Positions 9,761 to 19,622 of a stretch of DNA of 64,000 bases are shown here, piece by piece (the stretch's first letter is position 1; the number at the start of each line of letters is the position of its first letter). The translations under genes were made by a program, and so were the position numbers. Location: the sequence record SRR31156797_6845; one strand, written 5' to 3'. The notes under the pieces were generated by a model. The model was not told the origin of the DNA, did not search any database, and saw nothing but the letters and a program-made list of their open reading frames with translations.

Positions 9761-12123
9761 AGTTTCCCCTTTTTCTGTGGATGAATAGAAAATGGAAGAT
9801 TATGTCTAAAAACCTGTTCTCTAAAAAAAGCAATCGTCGCTTCTCGGTTAAAAAGGATGCGAATTTGCTCTGGAATAAGATCGGAAATGTCATTTTTCAT
9901 AATTGACATCTTATATTCGATATGTGGTCCAAAACGATTGTCAAGATACCAAGCATAAAATAAACCAAAAAAAAGCCCTGGGGGCGTAAACCCTTCATCA
10001 AGGTTAAGCATTCTGGTAAAAATGTTTTCAGAATAAAGAGCATGTTGCATTTTACAAAACTGGAGATAGGCAGCAATCTGTTCAAACGTTAAAAAACTTT
10101 CCAACTGTTCTCTCTCACGCAGTTGCAGTTTATACATTTTCCCGACATCGTCGCCATGGTGAGTAACTGTCACCATCTCCTTTACCTGAGCATAATTACC
10201 CAAAAGAGATTGCCCCAGAGCAATAAGAAAAACCACCTCAAAACGATTAAGGTTCTCTGTCTGGTCTTGGCGAATTTTTATTTTCTGGTCAACCGGGTCA
10301 TAAAAAGAAAAGACATTGTCCCACTTCTGACTTCTTTTCCAACAGTCTTTAGCAATCAAAGTTATTCCACGAAAATACTTAAGATGATCAAACAATATAT
10401 CAGGATGCAACCAAGTGACTTCCACCAACCGATCAAGTAACCAGCGCCTTTGTGTCTCTTCCATTTTTTGAGGCAGAAATGAATGGCTTGTAATCGTTTC
10501 GGTGCTCAAAAAATTCATTAATGACTGTATTTTTGCGTACCTGAAACAGGGAATTTGCTTCACAGGGTACGAATCCGGAAAACTAAAATCTGCTTCTGGC
10601 AGGGCGGTTGACATTGGTATGTGTTCAAAAAAATCAGAATTTTTTAATGCCCACAGAGTTTTAATTGCTTCTGCTAAAGCAGCTGGATCATGTTGAATTA
10701 CCCCCCGGTTCTGCAATTGAAGTTCAGAATAAATCCGAGCAGCAACGGTTGTAAAGCCTAGAGCCTCAACGCCATTGCGATCAAAGTAAATAGGTTCTTT
10801 GTCTTCAAGGGCGTAACGCTGTAGAGTCGACCCTGGAACCTCCCGCATATTGAGTCCGATAACAGAGGTAAAAAGGTCTTGGACACCGCCAGGTATATTC
10901 CGGTGGTAGGCGCGAATAAGATCTGATACATAGAACTTTCTATCAGGTGAATCATGCGCTGTGTCTGTTTCACCTTTCTGCACCCAAATATTTGCGACTA
11001 ACAATTTTAACGCCGATTGATTATGCCGAATGGCGCCAGCTAGTCCAGGCACCTGTAAAATGGGGATAATGGAAGTGTACAGGCTGCCGGGTGCAAACAC
11101 TATAATATCAGCGGATGCGATAAGCTCCTCCACCTCTGGTTGGAGATAAGGATTTCTACTGAACTCCACCAAAACTCTGTCGACAGGAAACCCACGCCGG
11201 GCATGGCTTGACTTGTACTCACTGGTCATCAACACCCCATTGTCATACAGAATTTGTAGTTGCGAAGAGGTGGTCGAACAGGGGAAAACGCTATTTTTCC
11301 TGGTCCCAATAAAATGCTCTACTTGTGCCAATCCGCGTATGGTAGCAGTTCTTACTACCTGGTAAGAGGCGATGAGGTGGTCGGCTGTAAGCTTTGGGTC
11401 AAGGTTTTTATAAATGGCTGCAGCAAGGAGAAGATTCCCCAGACATTGGGGCCGATAAAGCGTAGGTTCCAGCCGCTCATCGTTGAAGAGCTGGCTGGTC
11501 AGATCATAAAAAAAATTTTTGAGTACTACAGGAAGGATATCAAGGTTAGCCCCGGTATCTGCAATAAGCTGTTCCGGGGAGTGTGGGCGAGATATAAATC
11601 GATAATTAAAAATTGCATGCAGTGCTTGAGCCACCTCAAGAGCCAAACGATCATCGAGTTGATAACGCTGAATTAAAGCATCTTTACGAACTGCCGAAAG
11701 GACAACATGGCGCAGGTCGCCAAGAGCAATAAGAGGGAGATCCTTAAGCAGTTCGCCTGTGGAGCCACCGTCATCGGTAACACACACCACAGAGTGAAGT
11801 TTAGGGAAGACTTCCTTCATTCCTGTAAAGGGAGCATCTTTCCACGACTGCTGTTTAGAATCACCACCGATAATATTTGATAGCCCTGTGCCCCCGCCTA
11901 AAGCAACAACCTTGAGACCGCTTACATCAATCGACGTTACCAAATCCTGAAAACCGTTATAGACAGCAGCCAATTCAGGATTTCGATGTTCAACAGTTCG
12001 CTCCAGCATCAACGCAGTTATTTTTTCCGCCAGATTAGATCCTGGTAAAAAATCCATGGCGGCAAAGCTTGTTCCTGTAAGATATTTCAACTGCCTTGAG
12101 ATTTCAGAGGGGTCAGACATCAC
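9757..12123 (-). CDS. YvcK/CofD-like (UPF0052) protein with a long C-terminal extension
   Basis: VVALGGGTGLS, VTDDGGSTG, GDLR, LGNLLL, APGSLYTSIIP, HDPAALA; 788 aa versus roughly 300-330 aa for typical YvcK. Confidence 0.88.
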   Translation of the reverse strand: MMSDPSEISRQLKYLTGTSFAAMDFLPGSNLAEKITALMLERTVEHRNPELAAVYNGFQDLVTSIDVSGLKVVALGGGTGLSNIIGGDSKQQSWKDAPFTGMKEVFPKLHSVVCVTDDGGSTGELLKDLPLIALGDLRHVVLSAVRKDALIQRYQLDDRLALEVAQALHAIFNYRFISRPHSPEQLIADTGANLDILPVVLKNFFYDLTSQLFNDERLEPTLYRPQCLGNLLLAAAIYKNLDPKLTADHLIASYQVVRTATIRGLAQVEHFIGTRKNSVFPCSTTSSQLQILYDNGVLMTSEYKSSHARRGFPVDRVLVEFSRNPYLQPEVEELIASADIIVFAPGSLYTSIIPILQVPGLAGAIRHNQSALKLLVANIWVQKGETDTAHDSPDRKFYVSDLIRAYHRNIPGGVQDLFTSVIGLNMREVPGSTLQRYALEDKEPIYFDRNGVEALGFTTVAARIYSELQLQNRGVIQHDPAALAEAIKTLWALKNSDFFEHIPMSTALPEADFSFPDSYPVKQIPCFRYAKIQSLMNFLSTETITSHSFLPQKMEETQRRWLLDRLVEVTWLHPDILFDHLKYFRGITLIAKDCWKRSQKWDNVFSFYDPVDQKIKIRQDQTENLNRFEVVFLIALGQSLLGNYAQVKEMVTVTHHGDDVGKMYKLQLREREQLESFLTFEQIAAYLQFCKMQHALYSENIFTRMLNLDEGFTPPGLFFGLFYAWYLDNRFGPHIEYKMSIMKNDISDLIPEQIRILFNREATIAFFREQVFRHNLPFSIHPQKKGKL

Positions 12124-12259
12124 GAAAATTTTTTCCCATATTAATTATTGGTTGAAGGATACGAAAATACATCTTTGCATAAACAGGCAGTGCTTAGCCA
12201 ATGCCTCGTTCACGCTACAACGAGACTTAATATTTCTCACTCCATCCAAGTAACATTTC

Positions 12260-13021
12260 TCAACTCAATGAACCCAACAGCTGCTCAACTCTTTTTATAT
12301 CTCCAGGAGTGTCTACCTCTACAGAGTCATGTTCAGTTAAGACAACCCTGATTGTGTAACCAAACTCCAATGCCCGCAGCTGTTCCAATTTTTCAAACTT
12401 TTCCCACTCACCTTCGGGGAGACCTACAAAGGTAACAAGAAACCCTTTGCGGTAGGCATAAATACCCAGATGTTTATAGTAGGTAGGCTGTTCCTTTTCC
12501 TCAGGATTTCTTTGAAATGGGATGGGGGAGCGAGAAAAATAAAGTGCATTTCGGTGACAGTCAAAAACTGTCTTCACGTGGTTGGGATCATCTATTTCTT
12601 CAGGCCGAACTATCTTATAAATAAGGGTCGACATTGGCAGTGCGGGATCTTCGAGGAGAGGAACTGCAACCTGTTCAATAATTTCTTCATGAAATAACGG
12701 CTGATCACCTTGGATATTTACAATAACATCCTGTTCATCTATATTCATAAGCTCAACAGCCTCGGCGAGCCGGTCGGTTCCGGTTACATGATCATCTCGT
12801 GTCAGCACATATTCTCCTCCAAAGCCGGCCACTGTCTCAGCAATACGATCATCATCAGTGGCCACAACAACACGACTAAGGAGACGTACTTTCCTTGCAC
12901 GCTCCACAACATGTTGAATCATTGGCTTACCGGCAATAAGTGCCAGCGGCTTACCTTTAAAACGATTTGAACGATACCGTGCTGGTATAACAGCGATAAC
13001 TTTTTGTTTTTTTTCACTCAT
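12260..13021 (-). CDS. kdsB: 3-deoxy-manno-octulosonate cytidylyltransferase (CMP-Kdo synthetase)
   Basis: IPARYRSNRFKGKPL, TGTDR, VNIQGD, ALYFSRSPIP, HLGIYAY, EKLEQLRAL, VDTP. Confidence 0.95.
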   Translation of the reverse strand: MSEKKQKVIAVIPARYRSNRFKGKPLALIAGKPMIQHVVERARKVRLLSRVVVATDDDRIAETVAGFGGEYVLTRDDHVTGTDRLAEAVELMNIDEQDVIVNIQGDQPLFHEEIIEQVAVPLLEDPALPMSTLIYKIVRPEEIDDPNHVKTVFDCHRNALYFSRSPIPFQRNPEEKEQPTYYKHLGIYAYRKGFLVTFVGLPEGEWEKFEKLEQLRALEFGYTIRVVLTEHDSVEVDTPGDIKRVEQLLGSLS

Positions 13022-13135
13022 GAAGCAACCTATCCCTCCAGGACCTCTTTCTTTTATAATTGTATGTTTTTATGTTACATTGAGCATAGTTAAAAGGCAA
13101 ACAACAACAACATTCTCATTCAACATCATCTAAAA

Positions 13136-13945
13136 ATGGCTTACAACTTTCCCGTTGCCCTCTTTGCAGATCCCAAAGTTGCTCCACACCTTGCACACCA
13201 GTTGGCTGATTTACTCAACATTCCACTTATCAGTGACCCTCAACAGTATCAGGTGTTTTTCAATCTAACCCCTGATCATTTAGAATTAATTGCCTTTGGA
13301 AAAGACAGTAAAAAGCCCTCTTCCCTTCGAGTAGATTTTACAACCTTCAAAAATCTCCATCGAGTTAAAAATCCGCACAAGGAATTATTGATACAGGCTA
13401 TCAAAATTAGAAAAAAATTACCGGCAACAGTGGTGGATGCGACAGGGGGACTAGGAAGAGATGCCTTCCTCCTTGCTGCAGCTGGATGCAGAGTCGATGT
13501 TTTTGAAAGAAATCGCTTTATTGGAGCGCTATTGGCAGACGGCCTAAAAAGAGCAGCCCTTCAACCACAAACAGCTATAGTTTGCAACCGTATCAGGTTG
13601 CATATACAAAATACGGTTAAACATATTGGGAAACTATCCACCCCTCCAGATGTCGTATACCTTGACCCCATGTTTCCAGAACGAGACAAAAGTGCCAAGG
13701 TTAAAAAAGACCTGCGAATTTTACGCTATATTGAAGGAGACCAAGGGGAGGAGCAGGAGTTATTTGCGGCAGTCTGGACTATCAAACCTAGGAAAATCGT
13801 GGTCAAGCGCCCCTTAAAGAGCGCTCCCTTATGTGAACTCGCCCCTTCATATACCCTTAAGGGGAAAGCCATCCGTTTTGATATCTATATCCCAGCTTCT
13901 TTTGCAGGTGACCCAACCCCTTGCCATAAAGCAGGTTATTGTTGA
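13136..13945 (+). CDS. rsmJ: 16S rRNA m2G1516 methyltransferase RsmJ-like
   Basis: VVDATGGLGRDAF, VVYLDPMFP, KSAKVKK, VVKRP, RFDIY. Confidence 0.88.
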   Translation: MAYNFPVALFADPKVAPHLAHQLADLLNIPLISDPQQYQVFFNLTPDHLELIAFGKDSKKPSSLRVDFTTFKNLHRVKNPHKELLIQAIKIRKKLPATVVDATGGLGRDAFLLAAAGCRVDVFERNRFIGALLADGLKRAALQPQTAIVCNRIRLHIQNTVKHIGKLSTPPDVVYLDPMFPERDKSAKVKKDLRILRYIEGDQGEEQELFAAVWTIKPRKIVVKRPLKSAPLCELAPSYTLKGKAIRFDIYIPASFAGDPTPCHKAGYC

Positions 13946-13988
13946 GTCAACCTGTTCTTCTATATCTCAGAAAGGCCGAAGTAGGTAC

Positions 13989-15188
13989 TTACAAACGTGA
14001 TGCTTTTTCCAAAGCGTTGACCAATCGCTCTTTGTCATTTTCTGCCATTTTCACAGGAATAGGATAACAGAGAGTCCTTGCCATCAATGCTGCTGAGGCA
14101 GGCAGCGCCTGGGGATCATAATGAAAACGGCGCTTACCGTTTGCCTTGAAGGGCCAACCATTTTCACACAGGGTTTTTCCCTCTAACAGATTTTCCCACT
14201 GAGGGTAAAAATGCCAGCAATTATCCGACCAATTGATTGCCCCGGCACCATGCTCTTTTAAACAGGCATTTACAGCACCTGCCTGCTCTGAGTTTTCCAA
14301 CATGAAAGTGAGAAAGGTTGAGGTATCTCCCTCTTCATCGAGTATTTCCCTAAAACTTATACCAGGGATACTTTTAGCACAGTTTTTAAGAATCGATTTG
14401 TTTGCCTTTTGGCTGGCAATCATATCATCAAGCTTTGCCAACTGAGCCAACCCAATTGCCCCTTGCAGTTCCATCATGCGAAAATTAAAACCGACAAAGG
14501 ACCGTCCTTCCCCCCCTCTTCCACCGGGGTTAGCGACATGGTCGTGCCCATGGTCATGATATTCAGACATAAAGCGCCAAGTTTGTTCGTCGTTTGTGAT
14601 GCACATCCCCCCTTCTCCAGTGGTCATGGTTTTGACAGAGTCAAACGAAAATGTACCACAAGCACCAAAAGTGCCGAGATGCCTGCCATGCAGTGTACCG
14701 CCAGCAGACTGGGCGGTATCTTCTATAACCGGTATATTGTGGGAATCGGCAATTGCTTTTATTTGCTCAATCCGGGCCTGTGCACCAAGCATATGGACCA
14801 CAATGATAGCTTTGGTTTCCGGAGTGATCTTTTGTTCCAGATCAATCGGGTCCATATTTAAAGTAGTATCAATTTCAGTAAATATCGGAACTGCGCCTAT
14901 ATCAAGAATCGCTTCCCAAGTGGCAACAAAAGTAAACCCCTGGGTAATAACATGATCCCCAGTCCCAATCCCCAATGCCGTTAAGGCGACTTTCAAGGCG
15001 GTTGTTCCAGATGTCACTGCCTGTGCGTACTGAGCACCGGTATACTTGGCGAAGGCCTTTTCAAATTCCAAAACCTTATAAATGCCATTACGCTGGGCAC
15101 CGAACTCATATCTAAACAGTACCCCGGTATCTAAAACATCCAAAACCTGTTTTTTTTCTTCTTCACCAAAAACTTCAAAGCCAGGCAT
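13989..15188 (-). CDS. kdnA: DegT/DnrJ/EryC1/StrS PLP aminotransferase, KdnA-like (8-amino-Kdo transaminase)
   Basis: SGTTAL, EDTAQ, FSFDSVKTMTTGEGG (PLP Lys). N-terminus MPGFEVFGEEEK and DHGHDH closely resemble Shewanella KdnA as recalled; near kdsB. Confidence 0.75.
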   Translation of the reverse strand: MPGFEVFGEEEKKQVLDVLDTGVLFRYEFGAQRNGIYKVLEFEKAFAKYTGAQYAQAVTSGTTALKVALTALGIGTGDHVITQGFTFVATWEAILDIGAVPIFTEIDTTLNMDPIDLEQKITPETKAIIVVHMLGAQARIEQIKAIADSHNIPVIEDTAQSAGGTLHGRHLGTFGACGTFSFDSVKTMTTGEGGMCITNDEQTWRFMSEYHDHGHDHVANPGGRGGEGRSFVGFNFRMMELQGAIGLAQLAKLDDMIASQKANKSILKNCAKSIPGISFREILDEEGDTSTFLTFMLENSEQAGAVNACLKEHGAGAINWSDNCWHFYPQWENLLEGKTLCENGWPFKANGKRRFHYDPQALPASAALMARTLCYPIPVKMAENDKERLVNALEKASRL

Positions 15189-15331
15189 ATGCCCTCCTTA
15201 TTTCTTTCACCGTAAAAACTATAGCAACGCCACCTGGAAAAATAGCCTCGATCTCAATAGACATTTTGCAAATGTGTATTTCAGGTGGCAGGGAAGCACT
15301 TACTTTTTATGAGCTGCTGGAATTCATTTTA

Positions 15332-16030
15332 TCAGCTGCCCTGCAGGGTCTTCAAACGAGCTTCTATCACATTTATTGCCGGGTCGCCCTGACCGTTGGC
15401 CTGGGACAATTTCTGCTGCTCAATATACTTTTTATACATGGCTGCAGCCTGTTCTTTGTTACCCATTGATTCCTGCACCCTGCCCATGGCCTGATATGCG
15501 TCAGCTTCGAAACCCTTCATCCCTGAAAGTACAGTATAGGCACCCAAGGCTTTTTCCATGGCTCCCTGTTCCTCATAAAGAGCTGCAAGTTTATACGCCA
15601 CCAGGGGCTTGACCAATGAGTCAAGAGACGAGTCTGCCTCTACTTCAACCAGTAAGGCAACGGCCTTGTCATACTGTTTTTCATCCTGATAAAGTTTAAC
15701 CAAGGCAATTTTAGCCCAGATTGCGGAAGGAGTAGAGCTGAACTCATCCACCACACCTTGCAAAAGTTTCTCTGAATTGTCAGCACTTTGAAGTGCAGTA
15801 TCAAGAGCAGAAGCGGCTTGATCCAATTTATGAGTCCTGTAAGAATCGTATAACGAAGCAGCCACAACCACCATAGCTATGCAGGAAATAACGATCCAGA
15901 TAACCTTACTATTATTACGTAAAAACTTAATGAAAGCGGGCGGCAAATTAAATTGTTCCAGCAGGCCTTCACTTTCAGGTACTGTATTCATTTCAATTTT
16001 CTGTCTATCAAAGGCGTTTTGCTCTGCCAT
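15332..16030 (-). CDS. Single-pass membrane TPR protein (YfgM-like)
   Basis: One TM near the N-terminus followed by TPR-like helical repeats. Confidence 0.75.
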   Translation of the reverse strand: MAEQNAFDRQKIEMNTVPESEGLLEQFNLPPAFIKFLRNNSKVIWIVISCIAMVVVAASLYDSYRTHKLDQAASALDTALQSADNSEKLLQGVVDEFSSTPSAIWAKIALVKLYQDEKQYDKAVALLVEVEADSSLDSLVKPLVAYKLAALYEEQGAMEKALGAYTVLSGMKGFEADAYQAMGRVQESMGNKEQAAAMYKKYIEQQKLSQANGQGDPAINVIEARLKTLQGS

Positions 16031-16366
16031 TTTTATTCTCTCAATTTAAGCTTAATACGTATTAGGCCATGAGGAAACGCTGCCTCAGCCAGTTCTAATC
16101 TTCAGTATCAGGTGGTCAGTAAGAATTTGATTATACTGTAGGATAAAAAAAATGCATTAACCAATCATCTTTAAGCAAGAAAAACAGAATCTTCTTTATA
16201 CCCTCACCAAAAAATGTTAGGCACGCGTTATCTGAAGACTAACAGGTGGGGCCTACAGCAAGTAACAACAGCCTAGACCATTACCTAAAATCAAATACAT
16301 AAAGTCCAGCTATAAAAACAAAATTACACATTCCCTCACTTTTCCTGAATACCTCGAGCCCTTTAC

Positions 16367-17707
16367 ATGGACAATTCTTCACATATTTACACTGTTTCGG
16401 AACTTAACCGACACATCCGGTCTCTACTTGAAGGACGATTTCCTTTTATCTGTGTATCCGGAGAAGTTTCTGATCTGCGTAAGCCATATTCCGGCCATCT
16501 CTATTTCACCCTAAAAGATGGTCAAGCGCAGGTAAAGGGTGTGCTTTTTAAAATGCAGCAACGATACCTTACCGAACCATTGGAAAATGGAAAGCAGGTA
16601 ATTTGTCGGGGGAGAATATCAGTTTATGAACCAAGAGGAGACTATCAGCTCATTATTGATACCGTTGATTTTCACGGAGCAGGTAATCTACAAGCTGCGT
16701 TTGAACAACTTAAGAAAAAACTGGCAGCAGAGGGTCTTTTTGATGAAAAAACAAAAAGAGAACTCCCTGAATTCCCAAGCCACATTACCTTAATTACCTC
16801 CCCTGACGGTGCTGCTGTACATGACTTCATAAAAATAGCAAGGAGACGTTACCCCCTTATCTCAATTACTATCGCACCTGTGGCAGTACAAGGTCAGCAA
16901 GCGGCAGGTGAAATGATAAAGGCAATCCAAACCATAAACAATCTCGCGTTAACAGATATTATTGTTGTGTGCCGTGGAGGAGGCTCCATCGAAGATTTGT
17001 GGTGCTTCAATGATGAACAACTTGCTCGGGCAATACGACAATCATCCATACCAGTGGTCAGTGCGGTCGGTCATGAAATTGATTTCACGATTGCAGACTT
17101 TGCAGCAGACTTGCGTGCCCCGACTCCCAGTGGAGCGGCAGAAATGCTTCTGCCCGACGCTAAGGAATTACAAAAAAACATAACGGCCGCAGAGAGCGCA
17201 TTATTCAAGGCTCTACAGAGAACTCTCATTGAATCTGAACATCGCTTCCGTTACAGTCAGCAAAGACTCAGTCATATGGCACACCCTGTGGACACATTAC
17301 TTCTAAAAGTGAGCCAGTTAGGCATAACTCTGGAAAAAAACTTTGCAGCGATGATCGAAGGGAAAACACAGGCGCTGGAAGGAAAAAGATCTCGCATAGA
17401 AAGACATAACCCGACGGCTGTAATATCTGCTCATAGGCAAAAAACCGCCTTATTGGAACAACGAATAACACATGCCGTATCTATGCTGCTCCAGGCAAAA
17501 GAACTGCAGTATAAAAATTCAGTGGGTATTCTGGATGCCGTCAGTCCGCTTGCTACCCTTGCCAGGGGCTATTCTATAGCACGTAAAAAAAATCGGACAA
17601 AAACTATTATTACTGATGCCGGCCAGGTGATTGAAGGAGAGAAAATAGAGATTCAGGTTCAACATGGCCGCATTCTTTGCCGTGTTGAACCTGAATCTGA
17701 GAATTGA
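16367..17707 (+). CDS. xseA: Exodeoxyribonuclease VII large subunit
   Basis: TVSELN, SGHLYFTLKD, RGGGSIEDLWCFN, SAVGHEIDFTIADFAADLRAPTPS, SPLATLARGYS. Confidence 0.96.
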   Translation: MDNSSHIYTVSELNRHIRSLLEGRFPFICVSGEVSDLRKPYSGHLYFTLKDGQAQVKGVLFKMQQRYLTEPLENGKQVICRGRISVYEPRGDYQLIIDTVDFHGAGNLQAAFEQLKKKLAAEGLFDEKTKRELPEFPSHITLITSPDGAAVHDFIKIARRRYPLISITIAPVAVQGQQAAGEMIKAIQTINNLALTDIIVVCRGGGSIEDLWCFNDEQLARAIRQSSIPVVSAVGHEIDFTIADFAADLRAPTPSGAAEMLLPDAKELQKNITAAESALFKALQRTLIESEHRFRYSQQRLSHMAHPVDTLLLKVSQLGITLEKNFAAMIEGKTQALEGKRSRIERHNPTAVISAHRQKTALLEQRITHAVSMLLQAKELQYKNSVGILDAVSPLATLARGYSIARKKNRTKTIITDAGQVIEGEKIEIQVQHGRILCRVEPESEN

Positions 17708-18178
17708 TTATTGCAATCCTGTTCTCTGCTGGTTGAGGGTATCCAGTTCATTTCTGATTGCAACGAGAATCGTCTCTAGATGATCAGGGTTTTCTTTAGC
17801 TGTATTTTTAAGCTGTTTCCCCCATGTTTTGAGCATGGCATTATCGACTTTACGAACATCGTTATCTTTACACCACTCTGTCCCGATTTTATTACCCAAT
17901 TCGGCAAGCAACATTTTCTGTTTACTTTTTTCGGGTCCAGGTGTTTGTTCCAAAATGCTAATACTAATGTCCTGCCAGCCGTCTACAAAGAAATTACCTT
18001 CCTGAAATTTTATAAACCACTCCCGTTCATCCTTTGTTAAACCAGCAGGAACCGTATACTGTTTTGAGTCAGGGATAGAATCCAGCAAAGATGCCTGAGC
18101 ATCCTGTGCATTACCACTGGAAATCCCGAAAGTTGTCTGCGATAAAAGAAAGAAAAGAGCTAAAAATATTTTTTCCAC
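17708..18178 (-). CDS. Hypothetical exported protein
   Basis: Probable GTG start at 18178 gives a signal-peptide-like N-terminus (EKIFLALFFLLS); conserved-looking core FQEGNFFVDGWQ, IGTEWCKDNDVRK. Confidence 0.65.
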   Translation of the reverse strand: MEKIFLALFFLLSQTTFGISSGNAQDAQASLLDSIPDSKQYTVPAGLTKDEREWFIKFQEGNFFVDGWQDISISILEQTPGPEKSKQKMLLAELGNKIGTEWCKDNDVRKVDNAMLKTWGKQLKNTAKENPDHLETILVAIRNELDTLNQQRTGLQ

Positions 18179-18299
18179 GTTGGCACCAATCAATGCGATT
18201 AAATGTGTAATGATACTTCTTATCAAAATAGCATCCTGATTCAAAAGAGTCAAGAATGACTTATATTGAAAAGTACAACTCTTTGTATTTCCTAGCTAT

Positions 18300-19379
18300 T
18301 TAATCCTTTTCACTCACCCCAGCTTCTGCAAAAGTGCTTACATCAGTAAGAATAGCTGTTGCCGCCTCTACCGCATTAAATGCAAATGCTGCGCCAGTCC
18401 CTTCACCTAACCTAAGATTTAGATCGAACAATGGCCTCAAGTGCATCTTTTGCTGCATAAATGCATGACCAGGTTCCACACTTTTATGAGCACAGATTAT
18501 ATAATCACGAACAAAAGGTTCAATTAAATAAGCTATTAATGCACCTGCGGTTGATATAAAGCCATCCACCACCACCGGCTTTTTCAAGGCAGCGGCTCCC
18601 AGAATCAAACCAGCAATGCCTCCGATTTCATACCCACCTAATTTTGCCAGCACATCGATACCGTCCTTGGCATCAGGTTTATTGACAGCAATTGCCTGTT
18701 TAATGACACTTACTTTATGCGCCAGCTGTTCGTCATCAATACCGGTCCCTTTTCCTGTGACTTCTTCGACAGTTTTTCCTGTTACCACGGCTGCAATAGC
18801 GCTGCTCGGAGTTGTGTTTCCAATCCCCATTTCTCCTGTACCAAAGACTTCAATATCTTCAGCCAGTACTCCAGCTATTTCGATCCCTGCCTCAACACTC
18901 ATAACCGCCTGGGTCCTTGTCATGGCAGGACCCACCATAATGTTTTGGGTGCCTTTAGCTATCTTCTTGCTTAAAAAACCAGGTGCATTCCTAATGGCTT
19001 CAAATGTATCTACCGCTCCCATATCAACAACCAGCACTTCAGCCCCTGCCTGGTTAGCCAGGGCATTGATACCAGCGCCTTTGTTCATAATGTTATGCAC
19101 CATCTGGGTAGTTACTTCTGCAGGATAACCTGACACACCCTCTGCAGTCACACCATGATCACCTGCCATGACCACAATCTTTTTCCTGCCAACAGGCGGC
19201 TCTATGCTTCTGGTTATCCCTGCAAGATCAACGGCCAGATCCATGAAATCCCCTAGTGCCCAGTGGGGCATTGTCAGTTGATCCAAACGAGCCTTTGCCT
19301 TATCCCTGAAGGTTGAATCCTGGGGATAAATGTTTCGACATGTAGACTCAATATATCCAATATTCTGCTTATCCTGCAT
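18300..19379 (-). CDS. cobT: Nicotinate-nucleotide:dimethylbenzimidazole phosphoribosyltransferase
   Basis: AGDHGV, GEMGIGNTT, DGFIS, LRLGEGTGA, TFAEAGV. Confidence 0.96.
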   Translation of the reverse strand: MQDKQNIGYIESTCRNIYPQDSTFRDKAKARLDQLTMPHWALGDFMDLAVDLAGITRSIEPPVGRKKIVVMAGDHGVTAEGVSGYPAEVTTQMVHNIMNKGAGINALANQAGAEVLVVDMGAVDTFEAIRNAPGFLSKKIAKGTQNIMVGPAMTRTQAVMSVEAGIEIAGVLAEDIEVFGTGEMGIGNTTPSSAIAAVVTGKTVEEVTGKGTGIDDEQLAHKVSVIKQAIAVNKPDAKDGIDVLAKLGGYEIGGIAGLILGAAALKKPVVVDGFISTAGALIAYLIEPFVRDYIICAHKSVEPGHAFMQQKMHLRPLFDLNLRLGEGTGAAFAFNAVEAATAILTDVSTFAEAGVSEKD

Positions 19380-19456
19380 TCGGCTGTCCTCCTGACAGAG
19401 TATAACTATCCATACTTATTTATTACCCAAAATGTTTCCACTGGGTTTAGTCTACT

Positions 19457-19619
19457 TACGGGCACTACAAAAATTAGGCTTTTCGATCAAAATCGAGGCG
19501 CACGGCGAATTTTACCACTGCCATAGGCAGTGATATCGGCGTCTCCGCTTACACCCAAGGATTTTCCTTTGATTCAGCTCCGAGATTGGAAGAAAAAGCA
19601 GTTTTTCAAGGCTGCCTTA
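19457..19619. repeat. Degenerate MITE/REP-like palindromic element
   Basis: About 160 bp, flanked by TA on both sides, imperfect terminal inverted repeats sharing GGCA..AAAAA..GCTTTT..CAA blocks, and a perfect internal hairpin CACTGCC-ATA-GGCAGTG (19516-19532). Single copy in this window. Confidence 0.45.
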
Positions 19620-19622
19620 TGA

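Noticed and set aside
15229-15289. 11-bp inverted repeat between the TPR gene and kdnA
   Set aside because: Long loop and no U-tract; no function can be supported.
19380-19622. Cobalamin riboswitch upstream of cobT
   Set aside because: The minus strand lacks the B12-box and the GGGAA/GCCACTG core motifs; the structure is better explained as a palindromic repeat.
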